A DNA stretch of 64,000 bases from Candidatus Bathyarchaeota archaeon. GTDB taxonomy: Archaea; Thermoproteota; Bathyarchaeia; Bathyarchaeales; Bathycorpusculaceae. The notes below the pieces were generated by a model. That model was not told where the DNA came from. It did not search any database and saw only the letters and a list, made by a program, of their open reading frames with translations. A program made the translations under genes and the position numbers. The DNA lies in assembly GCA_963832745.1 (NCBI GenBank), contig CAWHVC010000002.1, forward strand, positions 404,684 to 468,683. Reading direction: 5' to 3'. Within the stretch, counting starts at the first letter, position 1; every line of letters starts with the position of its first letter. Of the stretch, positions 10,528 to 21,700 are shown in pieces.

Positions 10528-10536
10528 CTTTTCTTT

Positions 10537-11097
10537 TTACTCGTAATAGATTAGACTTGTTTCTTCAAGCAACACATGCAGTTTATCCACTGCAATAAAA
10601 ACGTCTTCTTCTTTCTTGGCGCCAGTGCAAACCAGTTTTCCGCTTGCGAACAGCAAAATAACCACTTTGGGATCTACCATGCGGTAAATTAAGCCGGGAA
10701 ACTGTTCCGGTTCATACATTGTATGTTCCAACGTGTAAGCCGCTTTTTCAAGATCCGCCATGCCGCCTAAAATTCCTGAAGCAACAATATTTTGAATTTT
10801 AAGTTCAGGTTTACTGATAATTATTATTCCGCTTTTTTTTAGTTCCTTTATTACTTTTATAACTGCGCGGCGAGCTTCTTTTTCAGATTTGGCGCCCGTG
10901 CACACCATTTTTCCGGATCCAAAAATCAATGTGGTTGTTTTTGGTCGTTTTAAACGGAAAACTAGGCCGGGAAATTCTTCGGGACGGTACTCAACGCCTG
11001 GGTAACCTTTAACAACCGAGTTAAGGTCAACTTTCTGGTTTAACGTTGCAGATGCTACAACATTTTCTATGCTTACGGTTGCTTTGACTTTTGGCAT
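10537..11097 (-). CDS. tbp: TATA-box binding protein
   Basis: Two TBP repeats: ENVVAS..YxPEEFPGLVFR..IFGSGKMVCTGAK and QNIVAS..YEPEQFPGLIYR..FASGKLVCTGAK. Confidence 0.97.
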   Translation of the reverse strand: MPKVKATVSIENVVASATLNQKVDLNSVVKGYPGVEYRPEEFPGLVFRLKRPKTTTLIFGSGKMVCTGAKSEKEARRAVIKVIKELKKSGIIIISKPELKIQNIVASGILGGMADLEKAAYTLEHTMYEPEQFPGLIYRMVDPKVVILLFASGKLVCTGAKKEEDVFIAVDKLHVLLEETSLIYYE

Positions 11098-11161
11098 TTT
11101 TTCCCTCCTCTGTTTAGCGGCTCGATGTTCCTTCTATGAAATGTAAACTTTATAAATACAT

Positions 11162-11830
11162 CTATGAACGCTGTCGAGTTGTTTTCTGTTGAACGAATTT
11201 TTTCTTAACCACCGGTAGCACAAACTCTACAATAATAAGCAGCAAAATAACCGCAATCACCAAGGGTAAGCCATACGGGTTACGACGAAGAAACAACGTA
11301 GCGAGTCCCACCCAGGGAACCCTACCAATTACTTTGCCAACTACCAGGGCTTCAGAAACGCCATGTCCACCAGACCACTTATCATATTCACTAACCGATG
11401 GAACTGCAGGCCACAGATAAGTTGGTCCACTGTTACCGTCGCCTTTAGTTTGAAAGTATAAGGTTCCGTTTATGTTTTGCACAGCTACGATTCGGTGAAC
11501 AATTAGCCTGTTAGAGTTGCCTGGTTCATGAAAAACGATTATGTCACTGATGGGGTAATCCGCGTTTAATGTTGCCGGGTCAACGCCTTGAACAATCAGC
11601 AAATCGCCTACATGAAGAGTGCGTTCAAACGGGTGAGACCAACCATCGCAGTCACCATCATAGGGAATGCACATACTACCTGTTTCAACCGTTAAAGTTG
11701 GGTAGGGCGTGTCAAGAACCAGTTGTGTGCCAAAAAATAGCCCTAAAACGATTGCTATAATTAACCCGATAATGGCAGCGGTTTGGACAAAATCGTTTTT
11801 CCATAACCTTTTCAATTTAGGTTCTGCCAA
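11162..11830 (-). CDS. Signal peptidase I (S26B/Sec11-like), copy 1
   Basis: TM, VETGSM (catalytic Ser), GDL, IVHR (catalytic His), TKGDGN, C-terminal TM. Confidence 0.88.
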   Translation of the reverse strand: MAEPKLKRLWKNDFVQTAAIIGLIIAIVLGLFFGTQLVLDTPYPTLTVETGSMCIPYDGDCDGWSHPFERTLHVGDLLIVQGVDPATLNADYPISDIIVFHEPGNSNRLIVHRIVAVQNINGTLYFQTKGDGNSGPTYLWPAVPSVSEYDKWSGGHGVSEALVVGKVIGRVPWVGLATLFLRRNPYGLPLVIAVILLLIIVEFVLPVVKKKFVQQKTTRQRS

Positions 11831-11925
11831 ACCTGTCTGTCCTTCCTAAAAGAGAAAAGTTTGTTCTCTTTGATTAAGGATTCTGTCTTCAAAACTTCAA
11901 GTTTGCCCCTGAAGGAAAAAAGTCC

Positions 11926-12616
11926 TTACTCAGTTATGGCGGGTGTTGGGTTGGTTTTTTTCTTTATTAGGGGTAGTACGAATTCGAGTATTACTAGTGC
12001 GATTATGATTATGACTAGGATGATTGGTATGATGCTGAATTGTTGTGAAAGTAGTGCTAAGGAGCCAATCCATGGAATGCGCATCACTACTTTGCCATAA
12101 ACATAATTTTGAGAAACTGCACCATCGTAAGTGCTGCTTGGATCATCTGTGGCAGGATACCAGTGGTCAATGGCTTGTGTTGCCGGGTTAGGCCAAACAT
12201 CTGGGTACCCGTTTCCGTCACCCTTAGTGTAGAAGTAGAGCGTTCCGTTTACTTCAACTGTGTTAACGATGCGGTGAACGATATTTGCGTGTGGATCATT
12301 CGCAGGCAGGGCAGGGTCTCGGAAGACTATTATGTCGCTGTTTGGGTAGTCTGTTTTAAGTCGTTTGCATCTACGCCTTGAATGACCAGTAAGTCGCCAA
12401 TATGTAGTGTTCTTTCAAAGGTGTGTGCAATGGGGTCGCATGCGCCTGGTGGGATGCACATGCTGCTACTTGTTACTGTGAATAATGGAAAAATTTGTGT
12501 GTTTAATGCTGCTTGTAGTCCGAACCAGAAGCCTGCTACAAGTATCGGAATTAACGCTATGGTGATGCTGTTTTGAAGTATTCGTTTTTCCAAAGTCTTC
12601 TAAATGTTGTTGCCAA
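11926..12616 (-). pseudogene. Signal peptidase I copy 2, broken by two single-base deletions (about 12568 and 12360); may be intact if these are assembly errors
   Basis: Colinear with copy 3 (VTSSSM, IVHR, TKGDGNGYP). Length 691 nt is two short of a whole number of codons. Confidence 0.8.
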
Positions 12617-12968
12617 TTTGCGTCTTCCGTTTTATCAAACAACGTGTTGAAGTTACTATAAAATCCTTCGATTAAATTTATCAAAAAAAGAAAATTGCGT
12701 GAGTAGTAAAATTTTGTTTAACTTACGTCAAATCTATTTATCTTTTCTGGAAGAGAGAATCAAGTTGTCTTTAAAGAAGCGTGGTATTGCTCGATTGTGG
12801 TGGTTGTTGGGTTGGTTTTTTTCTTTATTAGGGGTAGTACGAATTCGAGTATTACTAGTGCGATTATGATTATGACTAGGATGATTGGTATGATGCTGAA
12901 TTGTTGTGAAAGTAGTGCTAAGGAGCCGATCCATGGAATGCGCATCACTACTTTGCCGTAAACATAAT
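11944..12968. repeat. 164-bp near-identical direct repeat (11944-12107 and 12805-12968) at the 3' ends of signal peptidase copies 2 and 3
   Basis: Direct comparison shows 2 mismatches. Confidence 0.9.
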
Positions 12969-13440
12969 CTTCTGAGATAGGACTCCAAGGATCCGTGCTT
13001 TCAGCTGGGTTAGGCCAAACATTCGGATACCCATTTCCGTCTCCTTTAGTCCAAAAGTAACGCGTACCGTTAATGTCCTCATACCTTACGATCCGGTGAA
13101 CAATGTTAGCTTTAGGGTCATTAGCTGGCAAGTCGGGTCTTCTGTAAACAATAATGTCACTGTTTGGATAATCAGTTTTAAGGTCATTTGGATTTACGCC
13201 TTGAATGACCAGCAAATCTCCAACATGTAGTGTTCTTTCAAAGGTATGTGCAATGGGGTCACATAGACCGGGTGGAATGCACATACTCTCACTTGTTACC
13301 GTGAACAACGGAAAAATTTGTGTGTTTAATGCTGCTTGAAGTCCAAACCAGAAGCCTGCAACAAGAAGTGGAATCAAAGCTATGGTAACTGCTGTCTTGA
13401 AGTACTCATTTTTCCAAAGTCTTCTGAACGTGGCTGACAA
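12760..13440 (-). CDS. Signal peptidase I (S26B), copy 3
   Basis: VTSESM, GDLLVIQG, IVHRIV, TKGDGN. TTG start at 13440 inferred from the matching start of copy 2. Confidence 0.88.
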   Translation of the reverse strand: MSATFRRLWKNEYFKTAVTIALIPLLVAGFWFGLQAALNTQIFPLFTVTSESMCIPPGLCDPIAHTFERTLHVGDLLVIQGVNPNDLKTDYPNSDIIVYRRPDLPANDPKANIVHRIVRYEDINGTRYFWTKGDGNGYPNVWPNPAESTDPWSPISEDYVYGKVVMRIPWIGSLALLSQQFSIIPIILVIIIIALVILEFVLPLIKKKTNPTTTTIEQYHASLKTT

Positions 13441-13527
13441 CTTGCATCTTAACAAACAACGCAGTAAAGCTACTAAAATACTTCGATTATTTTTCAAAAA
13501 AAGAAAATTAAGGGATTAACAAAAATG

Positions 13528-13699
13528 TTAAACTTTGTTTTTGCTTAATACTTCACGGAATGTATTTCCACATTTTGGGCATTCATACAATCCGATTTTC
13601 TAGTTGCATGCGCTTTCCAGTTTTATCTGGTCTGCCTGCCATTTTCCAAGTTTTCTTTGGATTTGCTACTTCTGTTCCGCATTTTGGACATTTTCCCAT
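13528..13699 (-). CDS. Cren7-like zinc-ribbon small basic (putative chromatin) protein, 56 aa, with one extra base at 13596-13599
   Basis: GGAGG SD. Corrected translation MGKCPKCGTEVANPKKTWKMAGRPDKTGKRMQLEIGLYECPKCGNTFREVLSKNKV. Span of 172 nt equals 57 codons plus 1. Confidence 0.75.
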
Positions 13700-14011
13700 T
13701 TGTTTTCCTCCGTGTAATATGCTTCATGTTTTTCTCCTAAGGAATAAAAAACTTTCCCTATTTTTCGAACAGATAATCCTGTTTTCAACATGCTTTTTAG
13801 ACATTTTTATGTGAAAACAGAAATTTGTTTTACAAAAAGAATGTAGAAAAAACCATTCAAAAAACATAAATTTGTACCATTGATGAAATAATAACTCGCA
13901 AGACACCAAATAAACGACAAACCTTTTTTCCCAAAATTTAAGCTAACTGCCGCCAAAACATTTTTTACACCACAAAAACGATTTCTTCTCTATTATATTG
14001 AGGCAATACAG

Positions 14012-16888
14012 GTGCAAGAAGTTTCTGGCAACGCTTTTGATTTACTCGTAAAACCCGTCCGGAAGCTAGTGGAACAGAAAGGGTTCCCTAAACCAACAGA
14101 ACCTCAAGAAAAAACCATCCCCAAAGTCTTAGACGGCAAAAACGTCCTCTTAATTTCCCCAACAGCAACAGGCAAAACAGAAGCCGCTTTTCTACCAGTT
14201 TTAAGTATGTTACTCCAAGCCCCCAAAACACCCGGCATAAAAGTACTCTACATCACACCGTTACGCGCTTTAAACAGGGACATGCTTGAACGCCTGCAAT
14301 GGTGGTGTAACAACTTAGACATCAAACTTGCCGTGCGCCATGGAGACACCGAAACCAAGGAACGTTCAAGACAATCCCAAAGCCCCCCAGATATTCTTAT
14401 TACTACCCCGGAAACTTTGCAGGCGATTCTTTCAGGCTGGGTTCTTAGGCAGCACTTGCAGGCTTTGCGTTGGGTAATAATTGATGAAGTTCACGAATTA
14501 GCTGATAGCAAACGTGGCAGCCAACTTTCCATAGCATTGGAACGTATCCGAAGTCTAATCGGTAAAGACTTTCAAATGGTTGGCTTATCCGCCACAGTGG
14601 GTACCCCCGAAACAGTTGCCCATTTTCTTGTTGGAGACAAACGTCCCGTTGAAATCGTACGCACTCCTGTTGCTAAAATGGTTAACCTCAAAGTAATCTA
14701 TCCCCGTCCCACAGAAGAAGATTCACGGTTTGCCGGAAAAATTTTTACCCATCCCGAAGTAGCCGCAAGACTGCGCATAATCCGCGATTACATGGATACT
14801 CACAAGTCAGTCCTCCTTTTCACTAATACCCGTTCTGTTTCAGAGGTTCTGGCTTCACGCTTCAAAGTTTGGGATATCGACTTTCCAATATCCATTCATC
14901 ACGGGTCTCTCGCCAAACCCTCAAGGTTGGCAGCCGAAACAGGGCTAAAACGTGGAGAACTCAAAGGCTTAATCGCAACCAGCAGCCTTGAACTGGGCAT
15001 AGACGTTGGACGCGTTGATTTAGTCATTCAGTATATGTCGCCAAGACAGGTTTCACGCCTTATTCAACGGGTGGGCAGGGCAGGTCACAGCTACGGTCAT
15101 GTTTCTGAAGGCATCATAATAGGCATGGACTCAGATGACACGTTGGAAGCAATGGTAATTGCACGGCGTGCCTTAAAGGAGCAGCTTGAACCCGTACAGT
15201 TACCCGATAAACCTTACGATGTTTTGACACATCAAATTGCTGGGCTGCTTATGAAGAATCGGAGGCTTGAATTCGAAGGCATCTTGGAACTTGTACGTAA
15301 TGCTGCTCCCTATCAGAACCTAACCATTGAAGATATTGAAAAAGTAATCAAATATATGCATTCACGGTTTCCCCGTTTAGCTTGGGCATCACTGGAAGAC
15401 CATGTGGTTCTAAAACCGCAACGTACCAAGGCACTTTTCGAATACTACTTTGACAACCTCTCAATGATACCCGTGGAAAAACAATTCCTTGTAATCGACG
15501 AATCCACTGACACCTCAATCGGTGTACTTGACGAAGCATTCATGGCAGAATACGGCAAACCCGGAACCAAATTCATCATCCGAGGAAGCCCCTGGAACAT
15601 AGTTCACACAACAGAAGACAAAGTATACGTTCGTCCCGTTGAAGACCCAACTGGTTCAATTCCCAGCTGGATAGGCGAAGAAATCCCTGTGCCATACGAG
15701 ATTGCGCAGGAACTTGCTGAAGTTCGTGGTTTTGTTGAGGAAAAGATTCTTGCTGGCTTTTCTCCTGAAAAGGTTAGCGAGCTTCTTGCTGAACGTTACC
15801 CAGCCGATAAAGAAACAATTTTTCATGCATTAGCTGAGACACTGGAACAGATAGCCGATGGTTTGGCTGTACCAACTCCAAGTCGGTTAGTGTTTGAAGA
15901 CTGGGACGAATTCACTATAGTTCATTCTAATTTTGGCTCAATGATTAACCGTGCCCTAGCGCAACTTTTGGGGCAGGTTTTATCTGACAAGCTTGGACGA
16001 GGCATAATAGTGCAACATGACCCATACCGGATTTTTGTGCAAACAATGGGTTCCATGACTGCCGAACAAGTCGCAGATGTTTTTCGTGAAATGCACGCTA
16101 TGCCTGAAGTAGTTGTAAAAGAAACCCTGAAGCGTTCCACTATAAAGACTGGCTTGTTTAAACGTCGAGTAATCCATGTTGCCAGACGTTTTGGAGCTTT
16201 AAAGAAGTGGGCAGACTTTAGTAACGTTAGTATTCAGAAATTGATTACCAGTTTTGAGGGTACCCCAATCTACGAGGAAGGGTTAAAGGATGTATTTAGT
16301 AAAGACCTTGATGTTGACGGTTTAGTCTTGGTGCTAAAAAGGATGAACCTAGGAGAAATCGGTTTCCAAGTGGTAGAAACTGGCGGAACAGCCACGCCAG
16401 TAGCCCGAGTGGGCATTGAACGGGTAAGCATGAAAACAGATCTCATCCCACCTGAACGAATGCGCGCAGTTCTTGTTGAATCAGCGAAGGCTCGACTGCT
16501 TAATGAAACAGGCAACTTTGTCTGCACAAACTGCTGGGACTACATGGAAATGATACGAATCAAAGACTTGCCTGACAAGCCTAAATGTCCCAATTGTGGT
16601 TCGCACGCGATTGGCATGCTCAAGATTGAAGAAGAACGTGCTATGCCGCTTTTGGATAAGAAAGGCGAAAAGCTTTCAAAACTTGAAGAAAAAATGCAGA
16701 CCATTGCTAAACACACTGCTACTTTAATCGAAAAGTACGGTAAACCTGCTGCTGTAGCCCTCAGTGCTAGGCGGGTAACAGTTTCAGATATTTCTGGAGT
16801 GCTGGAAAAAGAGCCAATTTGTTCGGATAAATTTTACGAACTCGTTTTGGAAGCGGAACGTAAAGTTTTAAGCAAACGTTTTAGTTAA
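14012..16888 (+). CDS. lhr: Lhr-family SF2 helicase with C-terminal zinc finger
   Basis: PTATGKT, TPLRALNRD, DEVH, SAT, HHGSL, TSSLELGID, QRVGRAGH, PSWIGE, CTNC...CPNC. Confidence 0.93.
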   Translation: MQEVSGNAFDLLVKPVRKLVEQKGFPKPTEPQEKTIPKVLDGKNVLLISPTATGKTEAAFLPVLSMLLQAPKTPGIKVLYITPLRALNRDMLERLQWWCNNLDIKLAVRHGDTETKERSRQSQSPPDILITTPETLQAILSGWVLRQHLQALRWVIIDEVHELADSKRGSQLSIALERIRSLIGKDFQMVGLSATVGTPETVAHFLVGDKRPVEIVRTPVAKMVNLKVIYPRPTEEDSRFAGKIFTHPEVAARLRIIRDYMDTHKSVLLFTNTRSVSEVLASRFKVWDIDFPISIHHGSLAKPSRLAAETGLKRGELKGLIATSSLELGIDVGRVDLVIQYMSPRQVSRLIQRVGRAGHSYGHVSEGIIIGMDSDDTLEAMVIARRALKEQLEPVQLPDKPYDVLTHQIAGLLMKNRRLEFEGILELVRNAAPYQNLTIEDIEKVIKYMHSRFPRLAWASLEDHVVLKPQRTKALFEYYFDNLSMIPVEKQFLVIDESTDTSIGVLDEAFMAEYGKPGTKFIIRGSPWNIVHTTEDKVYVRPVEDPTGSIPSWIGEEIPVPYEIAQELAEVRGFVEEKILAGFSPEKVSELLAERYPADKETIFHALAETLEQIADGLAVPTPSRLVFEDWDEFTIVHSNFGSMINRALAQLLGQVLSDKLGRGIIVQHDPYRIFVQTMGSMTAEQVADVFREMHAMPEVVVKETLKRSTIKTGLFKRRVIHVARRFGALKKWADFSNVSIQKLITSFEGTPIYEEGLKDVFSKDLDVDGLVLVLKRMNLGEIGFQVVETGGTATPVARVGIERVSMKTDLIPPERMRAVLVESAKARLLNETGNFVCTNCWDYMEMIRIKDLPDKPKCPNCGSHAIGMLKIEEERAMPLLDKKGEKLSKLEEKMQTIAKHTATLIEKYGKPAAVALSARRVTVSDISGVLEKEPICSDKFYELVLEAERKVLSKRFS

Positions 16889-16995
16889 CACGGTTTTTTT
16901 AGAAACGTGTGTCCATTATTTATAACAACAAGCTTTAAAATGTGTAACAACCATAGTTCCTTATCCTGCTTTACTGCAATATAGGAGACCGTACA

Positions 16996-17322
16996 GTGGA
17001 AATAAGCCGAAAAAATCTTCGTGACGAAGTTTTACAGCGAATAAAATATGTCCGCACATGTGTTATGGCTAGAGAGCTTTGTTTGCTTGTACGCACTAAC
17101 AGGGCAGTCTTAGAGCCTAAAGATGTGCAGGAAATCTGCCAACATATTTCAGGGTTATGCCTGGAAGAAGGTTGTACTGAGCCAAGTGAACTCTGCCATA
17201 AAGCTGCCGAAGCAATCGGTTCAAATGATGAAGAAAAATATCTGGAATTATGTGCTCAAAGCTGTGTAAAATGCGGCGAAGCGAAGCGTCCGATGCCAAA
17301 AAAGGAGTCCTATGTCGCATAA
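16996..17322 (+). CDS. Cysteine-rich helical hypothetical protein
   Basis: GGAG SD upstream of GTG; 108 aa with several C-x3-C and C-x2-C motifs. Confidence 0.7.
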   Translation: MEISRKNLRDEVLQRIKYVRTCVMARELCLLVRTNRAVLEPKDVQEICQHISGLCLEEGCTEPSELCHKAAEAIGSNDEEKYLELCAQSCVKCGEAKRPMPKKESYVA

Positions 17323-17358
17323 CAGAGCGGAAAACAGTTTTTTAGGAGTAAAAAAGAA

Positions 17359-17835
17359 ATGTTCATTGCACCCTTTGTTCCAAGCCCAATTGTGGTAGTT
17401 GAAAGAATGCTAAAAATAGCTGACTTAAAAGCTGGAGAAGTACTTTTTGATATGGGCGCTGGAGACGGTAGAACAGTGATTATGGCGGCTAAAAGTTTTG
17501 GCGCCAGAGGAGTCGGCATCGAACTTCGTGAAGACTTAGCTAAAAAAGCGTTAAGCAATATCAACGAGAACAACCTTAGTGACCGAGTAACTATTGTTAA
17601 TAGTGACATGTTTAACGTTAACTTGGGCTCTGCTGACGTAGTTTATCTGTATTTAACCACAAGCGCTAACGAAAAAATACGTCCCAAACTTGAAAGTGAC
17701 CTAAAAAAAGGCGTACGTGTTGTTTCCCATGATTACGAAATTATCGGTTGGAAACCAGAAAAAATAGAAAATTTCTGCGAAAACCCCCAACTTGGTTATC
17801 CGTCTCACACCTTGTATTTGTACAAGAAGCCATAG
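17359..17835 (+). CDS. Class I SAM-dependent methyltransferase (protein-lysine methyltransferase-like)
   Basis: APFVPSP, DMGAGDGR, GIE, DVVYLYL, RVVSHDY, LYLY. Confidence 0.88.
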   Translation: MFIAPFVPSPIVVVERMLKIADLKAGEVLFDMGAGDGRTVIMAAKSFGARGVGIELREDLAKKALSNINENNLSDRVTIVNSDMFNVNLGSADVVYLYLTTSANEKIRPKLESDLKKGVRVVSHDYEIIGWKPEKIENFCENPQLGYPSHTLYLYKKP

Positions 17836-17910
17836 GCTTTTTTGTAGTTAATGTTAAGTAACATTTTTAATTGCCCAGCCCATTTTTGAGTCCGCTCTGA
17901 AGTGTGGACT

Positions 17911-18427
17911 ATGCAGTTTGTTCCATGGCAAAACGTTGCAGATTGGCGTTGCAAAGGTTGCGGTTACTGCTGCAAGCTCTACACAGTCGTAATCAATTTT
18001 CCCGAATGGCTAAACATCGTAAAACTGTATCGGGGCAGAAACAACCGTAACAGGCCTGGATCGATTCTACATTAAACGCTGCAGCGACGGCACCTGCAGT
18101 TTCCTATGCAACAAATCCAACAGGTACTTTTGCGCATTACAAAGCATGAAACCTGAAGCATGCAAAATCTGGCCCTTCAAAATATTGTCTGAACCCAAAT
18201 ATGGTGAAGAAAAACAAGCAGCATTCGACTACAGAGGTACTCGGTTATACATTTACGCTGACAACATGTGCAGTGGATTACGGTTTGGAACGCCATCTTG
18301 GGAGTTTCGTTACACTGTCCTGAAAGAGTTTGCGGAGCTTGCGTTGGGTGTGCGGAATGTGCAGTATAAAACAACTCGGTCGACGCAGGATGCTTCTCAG
18401 CAGTGGGGCAGACAACTGTTCCCGTAA
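17911..18427 (+). CDS. YkgJ/CxxCxxCC Fe-S or Zn cluster protein, frameshifted at about 18030
   Basis: MQFVPWQNVADWRCKGCGYCC in one frame; GTCSFL...CAL...KPEACKIWPF in the next frame. Confidence 0.8.
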
Positions 18428-18749
18428 GTTTGCGTTTACTTTTCTTGTATGTTTGTGACTTTTACTGACTTGGCTTGACTCGCCTTGACGTATAATGACG
18501 TGGTTTGCAAACGATTTAGACTCTGATTCAAAAAAGCAACCCAAAACAATCGCTGCAAAAAACAGACTTTTTAGCAGACAAATCAGAACTGAAAATTTTA
18601 GTTGTTTTATGGTGACATTGCGGTAAACTTTTCAGTTTTTTAGTGGTGGTTACCACTTATTTTGTTAACTATCTCTAATTCATACTCCCAAAACTCAAGG
18701 GTTATTATTGTTTTCTATAAAATTTGTTTCCAAACAAAGCGTGTTAACT

Positions 18750-21700
18750 ATGAAGCTCTCAAAAGCAATCACAAAACTATTAATCAGCATGATACTCCTA
18801 TCCTGCTTTGCAACCCTATTTAACGCGAAACCTGTTGCTGCAACAGGCATGAACGGCACCATAGTTTTTAATCAAACAGGTTTAGCATCAGGTACAAGCT
18901 GGACAGTAAAAATCGGCGCAAGCAATTATACATCCACAGGCAGTTCCATTTCTCAAACATGGATTGCTGACGTCCCATACAATTGGCAAGTGTATGTACC
19001 TGTTGGATATACGTCAAGCTCAACATTATCTGGCACATTTGCACTAAATGTTATAGGGTCAAACGCTAAACATCAATGTAGCGTTCACTCCTTTACAAAA
19101 CTATAATCTTACTTTCGTTGAAACCGGTTTAGCTTCAGGAACCACTTGGGGAGTCACTTTTAACGGCGCCCAATATTCCTCCTCAACCCCCGTTTTAACC
19201 ATCACTGGTTGCGCCAACGGAAGCTACCCGTACACAATCGATACTCCTAACGGTTACTTAATAGGCACACAAGCCTCAGCAAAATTAACTGTCGCAGGTT
19301 CGAGTGTTGTTAAACCAGTTACTTTTGCTTCATCATCCTCATCTGACTGGTACATGAGTCGACGTGACGTACTTCACTCGGGGTACGCAGACACAGCAGC
19401 ACCACTTACTAACAACACTTTATGGATAACCAGTCTAAATGAAATAACAACTTCTTCACCAGCCATCGTTAACGGCATCTTATACATCGGTACAGGAAAC
19501 GGAACCATTTACGCTTTAGACACTGTGGATGGCTCAATAATTTGGGATTACGTTACTGGTGGAGCAGTTAAATCGTCTCCTGCTGTAGTTGATGGGGTTG
19601 TTTATGTTGCTTCTGATGATCAGTACCTTTACGCGTTGGATGCCGATGATGGCAGTTACATTTGGAGTTATAACGTTGGCGGTTCAAGTTATAATACTTC
19701 TCCCACTGTAGTTGATGGTACTGTCTACTTTGGTGCAAGTAACAAAGTCTTTTCAATAAATGCTACCGATGGAAGCCTTAACTGGGAAAAAACACTGGAA
19801 GGCAGCTATTTTTTGGGGTCATCTCCTACTGTTGTTGACGGCGTTGTTTGCTTTGGCATGTATGAATCCCGCAGAGTTTTCCTTTTAAACGCAACCGACG
19901 GCTCAGAAATCTGGAATTACTACACCTGGAGTCACGTCTGCAGTTCACCAACTATCGTAGACGGAGTTATCTACATTGGTAACAATGAAGGCAGATTATA
20001 CGCCCTGAATGTGACAGCCACTGGAGACCCATACCTGTGGGATGTACATTTGGGGGGCAGCAGTGCACAATTCAGTTCATCACCTGCTTACTGCAATGGC
20101 GTCATTTACATAGGCGACACAGAAGGAACAATGTACGCAAGAAATGCAACTGATGGCTCAGAAATCTGGACAACCCCTGCAGGCGTTTTCCTTTTCTCTT
20201 CTGCTGCAGTTGCAGACGGCGTAGCCTACATAGGTTCAAATGATGAAAACATGTACGCTTTCAATGCTACCGATGGTACGCTACTCTGGACGTATACTAC
20301 TGACGGCGCAATATGGTCATCCCCTGCTATTGTTGACGGAACAGTTTATGTTGCGTCAGGTGACGGCAAGGTATACGCATTCAATACCCAGACATCTACA
20401 GTTACATTTAATGAAACAGGTTTGCCCTCTGGAACAAGTTGGACAGTTACTTTAGATGGCATCACAAAAACAAGTAATGATAATTCAATTGAATTTACAG
20501 ACATTGCATACGGCACATACGACTACACAATTAACACCCCAACAGGCTACATTGCATCTGTCACTTCAGGTTCAATCACTGTAAACGGAGCAGACACCCA
20601 GCAAACAGTAACTTATGCTGCAATACCCTATAATTGGTGGATGCTCGGAAATGGCGTAACCCATACTGGATACTCCAACTCTACTGGGCCATTAACAAAT
20701 GACTTATTGTGGTCCAAATCGATAGCAGATCTTGGAATGGATCTGTCTGGTTGCGCAACGCCTGTGGTGGCAGATGGTGTTCTCTATTTGAAGCTTTCAG
20801 GCACCATATTTGCTCTTGATGCATACAACAGCACCCTAATTAGAAGCTACGATTTAGGTTCCTCCTATTATTGTCCACAGTCACCCGCCGTAGTTGATGG
20901 CGTCTTATACGCTGGTACAGGCGCCGGTGAAGTCCTCGCATTCAACACCACAACAGGCGACATCATTTGGACTTTTACAGCTGATGGAGGCATATTGAGT
21001 TCTCCTACAATTGAAAACGGAGTACTCTACATAGGCGCAAATGACAACAACGTCTATGCTATAAATGCAACTACGGGCGATCAGCTTTGGGCATATCAAA
21101 CTAATGAGCGCATCTATTCTTCTCCTGCTGTTTCTAACGGAATTGTCGTAGTTGGCTCTAACAATGGAATACTCTATGCTTTAGATGCCCATACAGGTAG
21201 CCAAGTTTGGAATTATTCAACATCATATTCGGCTAACAACGAGGCACCCTGTATTGTAGACGGCGTAGTCTATGCAGGTCAATACTATAGCTCGGATGGT
21301 AATTTCTCTGCCTTGAATCTAACGACGGGAGCAAAGATTTGGAGCATCAGTAAGTCTGTTTGGGGTTCAGTCGCCTTTGCTAATAGTATCTTGTACATCA
21401 ACTCAAATGCTGACGGTTATACTTATGCTATAAACGCCACAACAGGCGCACAATTATGGTCGTATAACACTTTGGCACGATATCTATCGCCCATAGTTGC
21501 ATATGATGTAGTGTACGTTCAGGGCTCAACCGACCTGTATGCTCTTAATTCGACAAACGGTGACTTAATCTGGTCTTATCCGCTTTTCAGCATGATGCCG
21601 GGCTCAAGTTCTCCAATCATTGCTGACGGTATAGTCTACGCGTTCAATGATGACGGAATGGGTGGACCGATGACAAGTGGCACAATATATGCTTTCGGTG

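Noticed and set aside
11944-12968. 164-bp repeat pair as a DGR template/variable repeat
   Set aside because: Only two mismatches, both copies lie in paralogous genes, and no reverse transcriptase is present.
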